Below, piece by piece: positions 10,271 through 19,410 of a stretch of 64,000 bases of DNA. The stretch comes from Crocinitomicaceae bacterium (GTDB lineage Bacteria; Patescibacteriota; Minisyncoccia; Phycocordibacterales; UBA1006). The position numbers were made by a program, and so were the translations under genes. Location: NCBI GenBank assembly GCA_047637555.1, contig JBLIKX010000001.1:8294-72293 (forward strand), written 5' to 3'. Positions within the stretch are counted from its first letter, which is position 1; each line of letters begins with the position of its first letter. The notes under the pieces were generated by a model, which worked only from the letters and a program-made list of their open reading frames with translations, had not been told where the DNA came from and made no database searches.

Positions 10271-10891
10271 ATGACACAATATATATTACCTAAAAAAGTT
10301 ATTACTAATATATTCATCAAGAATGTATACAAAACACTTATTATTATCTATTCGTTCTACCTCACCTTTTCACCACAGGTTTTTGCCTTAAGCGCTGACG
10401 CACCTCTTGGTGGAGAGTCATTTTCACAAATCGTGTTTAATGATACTGCTGCCCTAGAACGACAATCACAAAAACTTCAAGATCAATTAGATACTGAGCG
10501 TATCGAAAAAATACGAAAGTATTATGCACGATACGACTTACCATTACAGTATGAAGCAGAACATTTTGTTACGGCTGCTAATGAGTATGGTATTGATTGG
10601 CGTCTTGTTGCTGCTATTGGATTTATTGAATCTACCGGTGGTAAATTTGCCTGTTCAACAGCGGATTACTCTGCTTTTGGTTGGGGGTCATGTAAAATTG
10701 ACTTTGAATCTTATGCAGATTCAATCGATGTGATCTCACTAAATCTGGGTGGACATAATCCAAATACCGATCAATGGTATGCTGGAAAAGATGTCAAAGG
10801 AATTCTGAATATGTATAATCCAAATCATATTCGAGCAAATTATGATGGAATGGTTATGAAACAAATGGAAATGATTTCATCAACAATCTAA
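10271..10891 (+). CDS. secreted hypothetical protein (possible glycoside hydrolase / cell-wall hydrolase-like)
   Basis: N-terminal signal/TM segment; GIDWRLVAAIGFIESTGGK block vaguely like glucosaminidase/transglycosylase cores; weak. Confidence 0.4.
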   Translation: MTQYILPKKVITNIFIKNVYKTLIIIYSFYLTFSPQVFALSADAPLGGESFSQIVFNDTAALERQSQKLQDQLDTERIEKIRKYYARYDLPLQYEAEHFVTAANEYGIDWRLVAAIGFIESTGGKFACSTADYSAFGWGSCKIDFESYADSIDVISLNLGGHNPNTDQWYAGKDVKGILNMYNPNHIRANYDGMVMKQMEMISSTI

Positions 10892-10904
10892 ATATTTTGT
10901 AAAT

Positions 10905-10936
10905 AAAAAAACCAAGATAATTACCTTGGTTTTTTA
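10905..10936. terminator. bidirectional rho-independent terminator
   Basis: accaag-ataattac-cttggt hairpin flanked by A and T runs. Confidence 0.6.
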
Positions 10937-10975
10937 TATATTATTTTAGGGTTAAGGGGACATAGAATCTACAGA

Positions 10976-11464
10976 TCATAAACAAGAATCTAATTTTTCC
11001 ATAGCTATTGCCAAAACATAATCAGAGGGTTCTGAACCAACGATATCTTCGTAAATCTCTGTACTTCCAGCACAGCGAACCAGAATATTAACATTCTGCA
11101 TTGCCGCATCATTGAATGATTTTTTTTGAGATAGATCATTTAGCATTTCTGGAAAATTTTCCGATATTATATCCTTAATCTTCCTTGGGACATTGGGATT
11201 AATTGTATCTTCTATAATACTAAATTCACGTTTAATAACATTTCCGTCTTTATAATCCTCATCCTTAAATTGGATATCAAAGTAGGTTTTGTGCTTTTTA
11301 TTAAACTCTAACTCTTTGTCTTTATAGTTTTGAATATCTTGATTTGAGAGGAAATAAGCATTATCTAAATCAAGTTCTTTTATAAAAGACTGCTTAAATG
11401 TTTTTGATATATTTTCCATTTTCTTAGTTTTTACTATTATAAATAATAATAAATATTTAGTCAA
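10976..11464 (-). CDS. hypothetical protein
   Basis: 162 aa, likely start MENISK internal to the track ORF; no motif. Confidence 0.4.
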   Translation of the reverse strand: MTKYLLLFIIVKTKKMENISKTFKQSFIKELDLDNAYFLSNQDIQNYKDKELEFNKKHKTYFDIQFKDEDYKDGNVIKREFSIIEDTINPNVPRKIKDIISENFPEMLNDLSQKKSFNDAAMQNVNILVRCAGSTEIYEDIVGSEPSDYVLAIAMEKLDSCL

Positions 11465-11494
11465 ATGATATGCCTATGGTATTCTAGGCAAAGT

Positions 11495-12241
11495 ATGAAT
11501 AAACCAAAGGCAAAAAACTACTTTGAACCAGATATTCTTTTGGTGCATAAACCAGTTGGAATAAGTTCTTTTGATGTGATTCGTCGCTTACGTGTAATTT
11601 TAGGTATTCGAAAAATTGGACATGCGGGAACACTCGACCCATTGGCACATGGCTTGATGATTGTTGGTATTGGAACGGGTACCAAAAAATTAACTGATTA
11701 TTTAAAACAAGACAAGACATATATTGCAGAGATTCTTGTGGGTAAATCAACTACAACAGGAGATTTAGAAGGTGAAATCGTTAAGGAAGTTTATGTTGAA
11801 AAGACTGATATGAATTCGTCTAATATTGAGATGGAGTTAATACACATGAAAGGCTCTCACACGCTCCAGGTACCCCTATATTCAGCCATTAAGGTTCAAG
11901 GTAAGGCTTTGTATGCTTATGCTAGAGCAGGTCAAAAACCACCCTATATTCCAGAAAAAGAAATGAACATCAAGAGTATTCAATATATGGACGATTACCG
12001 TTCTGGTAAATATCATATTATCCAGGTGCGCTTAAATGTTAGCTCGGGCTCATATATTAGAACTCTTGGTGAAGAATTCGGTCGTAGAGTTGGTTACCCT
12101 GCAACATTAAAGGGTTTGTATCGTATATCTATTGGAGAACATTTAGATAAAAACGCTTATCATTTTCCTTCTAGGAAAAAGCCCTACCACGGAATTGTTC
12201 GTGCTATAATTGAATTGTTATTCGGTAAAAAATCAAAATAA
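11495..12241 (+). CDS. truB: tRNA pseudouridine(55) synthase TruB
   Basis: LLVHKPVGISSFDV...GHAGTLDPLAHGLMIVGIG catalytic-Asp motif; track ORF starts at 11465. Confidence 0.9.
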   Translation: MNKPKAKNYFEPDILLVHKPVGISSFDVIRRLRVILGIRKIGHAGTLDPLAHGLMIVGIGTGTKKLTDYLKQDKTYIAEILVGKSTTTGDLEGEIVKEVYVEKTDMNSSNIEMELIHMKGSHTLQVPLYSAIKVQGKALYAYARAGQKPPYIPEKEMNIKSIQYMDDYRSGKYHIIQVRLNVSSGSYIRTLGEEFGRRVGYPATLKGLYRISIGEHLDKNAYHFPSRKKPYHGIVRAIIELLFGKKSK

Positions 12242-12245
12242 AAGT

Positions 12246-12599
12246 ATGAATATTTATTTTCAAACAACAAACATTAAAGTTACTCAAGATGAGAAAAATT
12301 TTATGGCCAATCGTATGTATGTTTTGAATAAATTCTTTTCATGGGATACCAGTACTTATATTGAGATTGAACGTACACGAAAAAGTTATAATGGACATGA
12401 TCTTTATTACGTTTCAATTAAAATCGATGATCCTGAGTATCAATATTTTGCAGAGGAATATCGTGAAAATGTACGCAGTGCGTTTGATCATGCGTATGGA
12501 GATGCATTTAGACTGGTTCGTTCTCACCGAAGTAAATCACGAAATCTAGTAAGGCGAGCTGGGTTAAAAATTAAACGATTATTTAAACGACAAATATAG
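12246..12599 (+). CDS. hpf: ribosome hibernation promoting factor / RaiA-family protein
   Basis: MNIYFQTTNIKVTQDEKNFMANRM N-terminus and YVSIKID...basic C-terminus as in HPF/YfiA; start moved to ATG 12246. Confidence 0.7.
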   Translation: MNIYFQTTNIKVTQDEKNFMANRMYVLNKFFSWDTSTYIEIERTRKSYNGHDLYYVSIKIDDPEYQYFAEEYRENVRSAFDHAYGDAFRLVRSHRSKSRNLVRRAGLKIKRLFKRQI

Positions 12600-12601
12600 A
12601 C

Positions 12602-13324
12602 ATGAAAAAAAATATTAAAATTATATTGGGTGTTATTATACTGACTACGATTGTTTTTATTGCATACAAGTTCACACCCGGGCAAATTGAAACTGATATC
12701 GACATGCTTGTTGACGTTCCTAGTCAATCAGCTACTCTAAATACATTAGCCGATAATACTGGCGCTCCGACATCAGAAACAAATGAAAGTAATTCTGATC
12801 AATCGAAAGAAGCATCAGAAGAAAACCAAGAAAATACTATGAAAGCAACATTTAACACAAGCAAGGGATCATTTGAAATTGAATTATTTAATGACTTAGC
12901 CCCAAAAACAGTAGAAAATTTTGTGAAACTGGCAGAATCAAATTTCTATGATGAGGTAAAGTTCCACCGAGTTATCAAGAATTTTATGATTCAAGCTGGA
13001 GACCCATTGTCAAAAGATGATGATATGTCAGATCGATGGGGAACAGGTGGTCCGGGGTATAGTTTTGAGGATGAAATTCACGGAGAGAACTTCAATATCC
13101 GAGGAACAATATCAATGGCAAATGCTGGTCCAGACACGAATGGATCACAGTTCTTTATTAATACAAACCCAGATGATAATAGTTTCCTTGACGGTAAACA
13201 TACCGTTTTTGGAAAAATAATTTCAGGAATGGACGTTGTAGATTCTATCGAGAATGTAGAAAAATTCCCCAATGACCGTCCTGTTGAGGCAGTGATTATT
13301 ACTTCAATAACTATCAACAAATAA
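12602..13324 (+). CDS. ppiB: peptidyl-prolyl cis-trans isomerase (cyclophilin type), membrane-anchored
   Basis: FHRVIKNFMIQAGDP, MANAGPDTNGSQFFI, HTVFGKIISGMDVV cyclophilin blocks; N-terminal TM helix. Confidence 0.9.
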   Translation: MKKNIKIILGVIILTTIVFIAYKFTPGQIETDIDMLVDVPSQSATLNTLADNTGAPTSETNESNSDQSKEASEENQENTMKATFNTSKGSFEIELFNDLAPKTVENFVKLAESNFYDEVKFHRVIKNFMIQAGDPLSKDDDMSDRWGTGGPGYSFEDEIHGENFNIRGTISMANAGPDTNGSQFFINTNPDDNSFLDGKHTVFGKIISGMDVVDSIENVEKFPNDRPVEAVIITSITINK

Positions 13325-13325
13325 T

Positions 13326-13472
13326 ATGGAAACAAAAGATTTTAGTGGAGGTGATTTCAAGGATTTAGAAAACGAGACTTCAAAAACAGCAGAAGATATT
13401 GCTAGAGAATTGCAAAATGAAATTGAAGCTCTTGGTACAAAAAACCCTAACGAAGATAATTCAGTAGAATAA
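13326..13472 (+). CDS. small acidic hypothetical protein (48 aa)
   Basis: ATG 13326 to TAA 13470, followed by the terminator aacgc-gata-gcgtt plus T run at 13471-13494. Confidence 0.25.
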   Translation: METKDFSGGDFKDLENETSKTAEDIARELQNEIEALGTKNPNEDNSVE

Positions 13473-13499
13473 AAAACGCGATAGCGTTTTTTATTATTT

Positions 13500-13967
13500 T
13501 TACCCTTTCTTTTTCACAAACTCTGTTTTAATTGCTAGGGTAGATTTACCTATTCGACAATCAATATATGCTGGATCTCCTGTTAATTTAATTTTTTCTA
13601 GTGCGGTACCTTGTTTAAGATTCAGAGAAGAACCTTTTACATCAAGGTCACGCGTAAGGAGAACAGTATCACCATCATCAAGGATTTTTCCATTACTACA
13701 TTTTGTAATACCTTCTTCTCCTGGAGGATTACTCATGAGGTTTTCTAATTCTTGTTTTGTTGGGTTGCTGTAGTTTTCATCGTAAATAACGAGTGTTGGC
13801 GTAATACGTTTTCCATTATTAATTTCCATTACTTTTTGGGTGTATTCTTGTCCATGATCCTTATCATCAATTGCATATAAAGTGTAGGAGAAATCTCTTT
13901 CTTTTAATTGTGCAATTACTCGGTTGGTATCCTTACACCACTCTGCTCCATAGATTTCAATATTCAT
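13500..13967 (-). CDS. glutaredoxin/NrdH-like protein with CxxT active site and a C-terminal Mop/TOBE-like extension
   Basis: MNIEIYGAEWCKDT...NNGKRITPTLVIYDE thioredoxin-fold N-domain; C-terminal NGKILDDGDTVLL...LNLKQGTALEKIKLT resembles a Mop/TOBE OB-domain (weak). Confidence 0.55.
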   Translation of the reverse strand: MNIEIYGAEWCKDTNRVIAQLKERDFSYTLYAIDDKDHGQEYTQKVMEINNGKRITPTLVIYDENYSNPTKQELENLMSNPPGEEGITKCSNGKILDDGDTVLLTRDLDVKGSSLNLKQGTALEKIKLTGDPAYIDCRIGKSTLAIKTEFVKKKG

Positions 13968-14027
13968 AATTTTAGTATATCCAATTGCCCATAAAAAAAC
14001 ACTCGATAATGAGTATTTTTTTATGTG

Positions 14028-14330
14028 CTATTGGCAATCTGTATTACAAACACCAGTAATATTGTTAATGGTTACTTCTTTGTTAAGGTTTAAAAGAGTA
14101 CTCAATTCTTTGACGCTAGGGTTGGTAAATTGTTCATCATCAATAATAAATGTTGGTATGCTACGTTTACCATTATTGAGATCTATAACAATCTGAGAAT
14201 ATTCTTTTCCCATTTTTTCATCTTCAATATCAAGATAGGTATACTCCGTGTTGTTTTCCGCTAATATTTTTTTAGATCGAACACAGTCTCCACACCAATC
14301 TGCACCATACATAATAATTTCTTTGTTCAT
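14028..14330 (-). CDS. glutaredoxin/NrdH-like redoxin (CGDC active site)
   Basis: IMYGADWCGDCVRSKK...NNGKRSIPTFIID; 100 aa; C-terminal CNTDC pair. Confidence 0.65.
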   Translation of the reverse strand: MNKEIIMYGADWCGDCVRSKKILAENNTEYTYLDIEDEKMGKEYSQIVIDLNNGKRSIPTFIIDDEQFTNPSVKELSTLLNLNKEVTINNITGVCNTDCQ

Positions 14331-14355
14331 ACTTTTATCATAGCAAAATATTTAA

Positions 14356-14913
14356 CTAGCGCGAAGATTTTTTCATGTACTTTTTGTTGTAGATGGGTTG
14401 CCTATCAAATAATTGAATATGATTATGGTGATAAAATCGTTCATATCCAACCATTGTAGATATCAAGAAAAATACACTTGATAGTATTCCTACTGGCGTG
14501 AATACTACAATGTTATGAATAACCCATAATATCATCGCAATAATCAAATAGATTCGCATGTTACGATCTCTATCGCTAAAGGCGGCAAGGGTTCCCATAA
14601 CTCCAGCAATCACAGGTAAGGCGCTAATAATACCAGCATGATTAAACCAACCGGCAATAATAATAATTACAATGAAAAATATTTTAACCCATTTTTTATG
14701 AGTAAATATACTTGTTAACCAACGACTTCCTGTAACAAAAGTTATAACACCTGCCTGAGGTATTCCAAGTAAGAGAAAATGAGTACCTCGAAACAACGAT
14801 GATATAAAAAACATAACTCGCATAACGACAGGATTTTTAATTTGTGCTGAGGTTACGGAAATTCCCAGAGCAATACCAGCAAAGATTTGTGACCAAATAA
14901 ATAGTGTTAACAT
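14356..14913 (-). CDS. hypothetical polytopic membrane protein
   Basis: 185 aa, 5-6 hydrophobic helices. Confidence 0.45.
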   Translation of the reverse strand: MLTLFIWSQIFAGIALGISVTSAQIKNPVVMRVMFFISSLFRGTHFLLLGIPQAGVITFVTGSRWLTSIFTHKKWVKIFFIVIIIIAGWFNHAGIISALPVIAGVMGTLAAFSDRDRNMRIYLIIAMILWVIHNIVVFTPVGILSSVFFLISTMVGYERFYHHNHIQLFDRQPIYNKKYMKKSSR

Positions 14914-14914
14914 A

Positions 14915-15745
14915 TTATTTTCGGTTTAAGTAATCTTGATAATCCATTTCATTTTTTCCTTCTGGAATAATACGCTTAATGGTGAAGGAATTATTGGAAT
15001 ATTCAGCGTCAGTAATTTTCAAACGAACTTTGTTATCAAAAATAAAAGTACCAGGCCATCCATAATAGGCCCTATATTTTCGATCACGAGTGTGATTATT
15101 ATCATGGGTAATATCTCCATCTGCTTTTACAATTTTTCCACAGTATGTTGCTAGGGAATGGTCTTGTTCTATTGGTGTACAATTTCCTAAAATATATTCA
15201 GGTAAAATTTCCGCAAGAACTTTTCCTCCATCATGAGCTAGCATATGAAATAAATCAGGTTTTAAAAGATCTGACTCTAAAGGGAATTGTGACTGAGTAA
15301 TGATAGGACCTTCGTCCATTTTCAAAGTCATTTGCATGATCGTCGAACCAGTTTCATCATCACCATTAAGGATTGCTGACTCGATAGGTGAGGCACCACG
15401 ATATTTAGGGAGTAGTGATGTATGCACATTGAGCACTCCAAGCCTTGGGATGTTGAGTAGTTTTTGAGAAACAATATATCCATACGAGGCAACAATATAT
15501 AAATCATCATCCCTTTTTTCTAATTGTTCTATAATATATTTTGGTTTCTCTGGTTGCCAACATTCAATTCCGTGCTCGTCAGCCCATACCTTAACAGGTG
15601 GGGCTGTCATAATATGTTTCCGTCCAACAGATCGGTCGGGTGCTGTGATTATCAATGAAGGCATATAACCCACACTTTTTAATTCCTCGAGAACTATTAC
15701 TGAAAATTCAGGTGTTCCAAAATAAACAAATTGAGTATCTTTCAT
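14915..15745 (-). CDS. fmt: methionyl-tRNA formyltransferase
   Basis: VYFGTPEF...LNVHTSLLPKYRGASPIESAILNGD formyltransferase core. Confidence 0.9.
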   Translation of the reverse strand: MKDTQFVYFGTPEFSVIVLEELKSVGYMPSLIITAPDRSVGRKHIMTAPPVKVWADEHGIECWQPEKPKYIIEQLEKRDDDLYIVASYGYIVSQKLLNIPRLGVLNVHTSLLPKYRGASPIESAILNGDDETGSTIMQMTLKMDEGPIITQSQFPLESDLLKPDLFHMLAHDGGKVLAEILPEYILGNCTPIEQDHSLATYCGKIVKADGDITHDNNHTRDRKYRAYYGWPGTFIFDNKVRLKITDAEYSNNSFTIKRIIPEGKNEMDYQDYLNRK

Positions 15746-15762
15746 GTGTACAGTATAGGTAA

Positions 15763-16098
15763 AAAAATAATTTCGTCATCTTACAAAAAACTGATATAAA
15801 AAATAAAGGATTTACCTTAATTAAACTACTCATTATTATTGTAATTATAGGTGTATTGGCAACTATCATAATTGGTTCGTCTGGTGATGTTTGTAATGAA
15901 GCTCTTGATTCAAAGGCAAAGACAAGACCCTCACAGACCCAAATTCAGGCTGAGCTATAATCATTTGATACAGGTTCCTATACAGAGCTTTATGATACAG
16001 ATACTCTTAGCTTTATGGTATTTCAAACTTTAGATAATGTTTGGGGCACACAAGATATTTCAAATACTAATGTCAGTGCAGGCGAGGACAATTTATAG
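15763..16098 (+). pseudogene. decayed type IV pilin / pseudopilin gene (no start codon, in-frame TAA and TAG)
   Basis: the frame reads ...KNKGFTLIKLLIIIVIIGVLATIIIG (class III prepilin N-methylation motif) with no ATG/GTG/TTG start after the upstream stop; TAA at 15958 and TAG at 16096 interrupt a continuing pilin-like reading frame. Confidence 0.55.
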
Positions 16099-16207
16099 TT
16101 CTCTGTATCACGAAGCCCTTCTAGTAAATAATACTACAGCAACACAGGAGTCAGCATTGCTTGCTGGACATGCTCATCCTGTTAACAACGATGATAAAAA
16201 TTGTAAT

Positions 16208-16231
16208 TAAAAACACCTCTAGGTGTTTTTA
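16208..16231. terminator. bidirectional rho-independent terminator overlapping the def stop
   Basis: aacacct-ct-aggtgtt hairpin flanked by A and T runs. Confidence 0.7.
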
Positions 16232-16747
16232 ATTTTCATTCAAGACATCATCAATCTCATCTTGGGTCATATCTCGTAATTTACGTGCCTTGTCTACAAA
16301 TAATATTCCATGTAAATGATCTGTTTCATGTTGAAAAATATGAGCTAATAGTTCGTCTGCCGATTCGGTAAATTTATTTCCATATTCATCATAGGCCTCA
16401 ATAGTAGCTTCTTTAGACCGTTCTACATCACCAACTTTCCAACGACAGGATAGACATCCTTCGCGCATCCACTTTTTTTTCTCAGATGTTTCAATGATTA
16501 CAGGGTTAATATATACCAAATGTTCTCCTTGTGGCTCTTCAAATATAAAAGGGGCAACGGTGAAAATTTGATATGATTCACCAATTTGTGGAGCCGCAAT
16601 AGCCACGCCGTCACTCTGAGTGGTGAGTGATTCATGTAAATCTGAAATAATAGATTGAATTTTTTCTGAGGTAATTTTTGTTGGATCGACATACTCAGCT
16701 TTTTGCCGAAGGACCTTTTTCCCCATCTGAATAATATCTCGTTTCAT
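16229..16747 (-). CDS. def: peptide deformylase
   Basis: GVAIAAPQIG, EGCLSCRW, HIFQHETDHLHG metal-binding motifs; track ORF runs to 16783 inside the tandem repeat, likely start MKRDIIQMG at 16747. Confidence 0.9.
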   Translation of the reverse strand: MKRDIIQMGKKVLRQKAEYVDPTKITSEKIQSIISDLHESLTTQSDGVAIAAPQIGESYQIFTVAPFIFEEPQGEHLVYINPVIIETSEKKKWMREGCLSCRWKVGDVERSKEATIEAYDEYGNKFTESADELLAHIFQHETDHLHGILFVDKARKLRDMTQDEIDDVLNEN

Positions 16748-16767
16748 ATCTCTTAGAGTAAAATTAA

Positions 16768-16947
16768 ATGAAGAAAAGAGCAATAGCGACTATTATGAAT
16801 TTATGCTGTGCGAAATGAAGAAAAGAGCAATAGCGACTATTATGAATTTATGCTGTGCGAAATGAAGAAAAGAGCAATAGCGACTATTATGAATTTATGC
16901 TGTGCGAAATGAAGAAAAGAGCAATAGCGACTATTATGAATTTATGC
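16768..16947. repeat. perfect 47-bp direct tandem repeat, 3.8 copies
   Basis: unit atgaagaaaagagcaatagcgactattatgaatttatgctgtgcgaa at 16768, 16815, 16862 and 16909 (last copy 39 nt); 100% identity between copies. Confidence 0.95.
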
Positions 16948-16951
16948 AAAA

Positions 16952-16986
16952 TAAAAAACACTTTAAGCTAGGTTTAAAGTGTTTTT
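16952..16986. terminator. bidirectional terminator at the hisS 3' end
   Basis: aacactttaa-gctaggtt-taaagtgtt inverted repeat with flanking A/T runs. Confidence 0.6.
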
Positions 16987-18269
16987 AGATAATCAGAAAG
17001 TTCAGAGATCTTAATAATTTTTTGTTTCCGTGTGCTCATGTCACGAACAATTACGGTTCCATCCATCGCTTCTTTCTGACCAAAAATTAATGTATACGGA
17101 ATACCTAATGTCTCTGCGGTTCCTAATTGTGCCCCAAGAGTATTCTTTGATAAAGAATGCTTGATTGGATAGTGCTTTTTACGCATTATTTCAATAATAT
17201 CAAAAGCTTTGGCTTTGGCTTCATATCCTAGTTGAATAAAGAAGAATTTTGCTTTTTTCCTTATTTTGGGATTATAGGTTCCTTCTTTTGAAATTTCAAG
17301 AATACGGTCTACTCCAAGTCCAAGCCCTACAGCAGGCACATCTTTGTTGTGTCCCATTGATTTTGCCAGTCCATCATATCGTCCGCCTCCCCCTAGTGCA
17401 ATTGATTGATTGCCATCTTTATCTAATGTGACATATTCAAACACAGTGTGCGTGTAGTAATCTAACCCACGAACCAGAGCATGGTCTATTTCATAGGGAA
17501 TACCTGCAGCCTCTAGGTATTCAAGTACTGACTTAAAATGTTTTTTACTGACGATATTTAAATTATCAATAATAGTTGGAGCTTGCTCGTTAATTTTTTT
17601 AGTATCAGGCTCTTTTGAGTCAAGAACACGGAGTGGATTTGTGTCGAGTCGAGCGAGGTCTTTTTCACTGAGGTATTTTTTATTTTTTCTATAAAAAGCC
17701 TTAAGTATTTTAAGATATTCTTTACGAACCTCAGGATCACCCAAGGTATTTATTTTTACAATAATCTCAGCACCAGATTCTTTTATTATTTGATATCCTG
17801 TTTGTATGGTTATGGCATCTAGTACGGCTCTCTCTGAACCAATGATTTCAAGTCCAAACTGATAAAACTGTCGGTAACGCCCTTTTTGAGGTCTTTCATG
17901 TCTAAAGAATGGACCACCATAGTATAAAAATACTGGTTGTGGTTGGTTACCCATTCCATGTTCAATGTATGATCGCATAATACCTGCTGTGCCTTCTGGT
18001 CGCATTACAAGTTTACTTCCACCTTTAGTTTTCAAGCTATACATTTCTTTCTCTACTATGTCGGTATTATCTCCAACACCTTTAACAAAAATTTCTTCAT
18101 GCTCCAGGATTGGCAGTTCAGTCCCAGAAAATCCATAGTATTCAGCAATCTCTTGTGCTTTTTCATAAAAACCTTGTTTTTGATAGAAGGTATCACCTGA
18201 AAGATCTCGCATACCTTTTGGTGCTTGAAGAAGATCTTTTTTGTTTTTTGTTTTTTTGTTTGGAGTCAT
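16974..18269 (-). CDS. hisS: histidyl-tRNA synthetase
   Basis: class II aaRS motifs (MRDLSGDT, FRHERPQKGRYRQF, GGGRYDGL) and anticodon-binding domain; 431 aa. Confidence 0.95.
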   Translation of the reverse strand: MTPNKKTKNKKDLLQAPKGMRDLSGDTFYQKQGFYEKAQEIAEYYGFSGTELPILEHEEIFVKGVGDNTDIVEKEMYSLKTKGGSKLVMRPEGTAGIMRSYIEHGMGNQPQPVFLYYGGPFFRHERPQKGRYRQFYQFGLEIIGSERAVLDAITIQTGYQIIKESGAEIIVKINTLGDPEVRKEYLKILKAFYRKNKKYLSEKDLARLDTNPLRVLDSKEPDTKKINEQAPTIIDNLNIVSKKHFKSVLEYLEAAGIPYEIDHALVRGLDYYTHTVFEYVTLDKDGNQSIALGGGGRYDGLAKSMGHNKDVPAVGLGLGVDRILEISKEGTYNPKIRKKAKFFFIQLGYEAKAKAFDIIEIMRKKHYPIKHSLSKNTLGAQLGTAETLGIPYTLIFGQKEAMDGTVIVRDMSTRKQKIIKISELSDYLKTL

Positions 18270-18323
18270 TGTTTTTTAATACTTAAGCGAGTAGAGGTTT
18301 TGAAATTTCTAATGGAAAAATAG

Positions 18324-18908
18324 CTATAGCTTAATTTCTAATTCTGAAGGTTTAACTTCCCCTGTTCTATAACTTATTTCAGTCAAGGGAAAGAGTCGTA
18401 AAAACGTTTTCCCGACAATTAAGTTTCTATCTAATACACCCCATGATCGTGAATCTGAGCTTTTTTGACGATTATCTCCTAGTACAAAATATTCATCCTT
18501 TTCAAGTTCCCAACTACCATAACTTGAAAAATCCCCATTAAGATAGTTCTCTTTTAGTTGGATTACACTATCATCAGCTTGGGTTATTGTTATTTTACTA
18601 CCATTAATGGCTATATTTTCTCCTGGCAAACCAATTACTCGTTTTATAAGAAATCGTGTATGTTCGGTTGGATAGCGAAACACCACAACATCACCCCGCT
18701 CAGGTTCTGTTGTTCTATAGGAAATTTCATCAATAATGAGATAGTCTCCATTTTCTAAGGTAGGGAACATCGACTCACCATTTACAATAAATGGTTGAGC
18801 AATAAATACGCGGATAGGAATGACCACCGCAAGGACAATAAGAATAAATCTAATGAGCTCTAATATTTCGGATTTAAGTGATTTTTTAGGAGTAGATTCT
18901 GAATTCAT
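18324..18908 (-). CDS. lepB: signal peptidase I
   Basis: GESMFPTL (Ser box), KRVIGLPGE (Lys box), VLGDNRQKSSDSR. Confidence 0.9.
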   Translation of the reverse strand: MNSESTPKKSLKSEILELIRFILIVLAVVIPIRVFIAQPFIVNGESMFPTLENGDYLIIDEISYRTTEPERGDVVVFRYPTEHTRFLIKRVIGLPGENIAINGSKITITQADDSVIQLKENYLNGDFSSYGSWELEKDEYFVLGDNRQKSSDSRSWGVLDRNLIVGKTFLRLFPLTEISYRTGEVKPSELEIKL

Positions 18909-18924
18909 GATACAATTCTAGCAT

Positions 18925-19410
18925 ATGAGTATGTTTCTCCAAAGGTATTCTGTTTCACAGAAAATTGTTAAACCTCTTATAGCACTTGTAATTATAGCAT
19001 TTGTTATTATTTTTTTTCAGTATTTATCCATAAAGAATAATCAATTTGTTAATCGTAATGATTTATTGGTAATGATAGGTGGCGAGGTACTTGAAACTCA
19101 GATATCAGACCGTCCCGATGAAAGGCGTGTTGGCTTATCAAACCATACATCACTAGGAAAAAATGAAGCAATGCTTTTTGTTTTTGATACACCTGGACCT
19201 CATTCCTTTTGGATGAAAAATATGGATTTTCCAATTGACATTATTTGGTTAGATTCTAACAAAGAGATTATATATATAGAGGAAGATGTCAGCCCAGAGA
19301 CTTATCCAAAAAGTTTCTTTCCAAATAAGAATGCCACATATGTCCTTGAGGTTGTTTCAGGATTTAGCAAAAAAAATAATATACAAATTGGAAATAAATT
19401 ATCATGGTAA
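18925..19410 (+). CDS. DUF192-domain protein
   Basis: MLFVF...FWMKNMDFPIDIIWLD core of DUF192; N-terminal TM anchor. Confidence 0.65.
   Translation: MSMFLQRYSVSQKIVKPLIALVIIAFVIIFFQYLSIKNNQFVNRNDLLVMIGGEVLETQISDRPDERRVGLSNHTSLGKNEAMLFVFDTPGPHSFWMKNMDFPIDIIWLDSNKEIIYIEEDVSPETYPKSFFPNKNATYVLEVVSGFSKKNNIQIGNKLSW

Noticed and set aside
16768-16947. Possible CRISPR array (regular repeats)
   Set aside because: Units are directly contiguous with no unique spacers and perfectly identical. This is a tandem minisatellite, not repeat-spacer architecture, and no cas genes are nearby.
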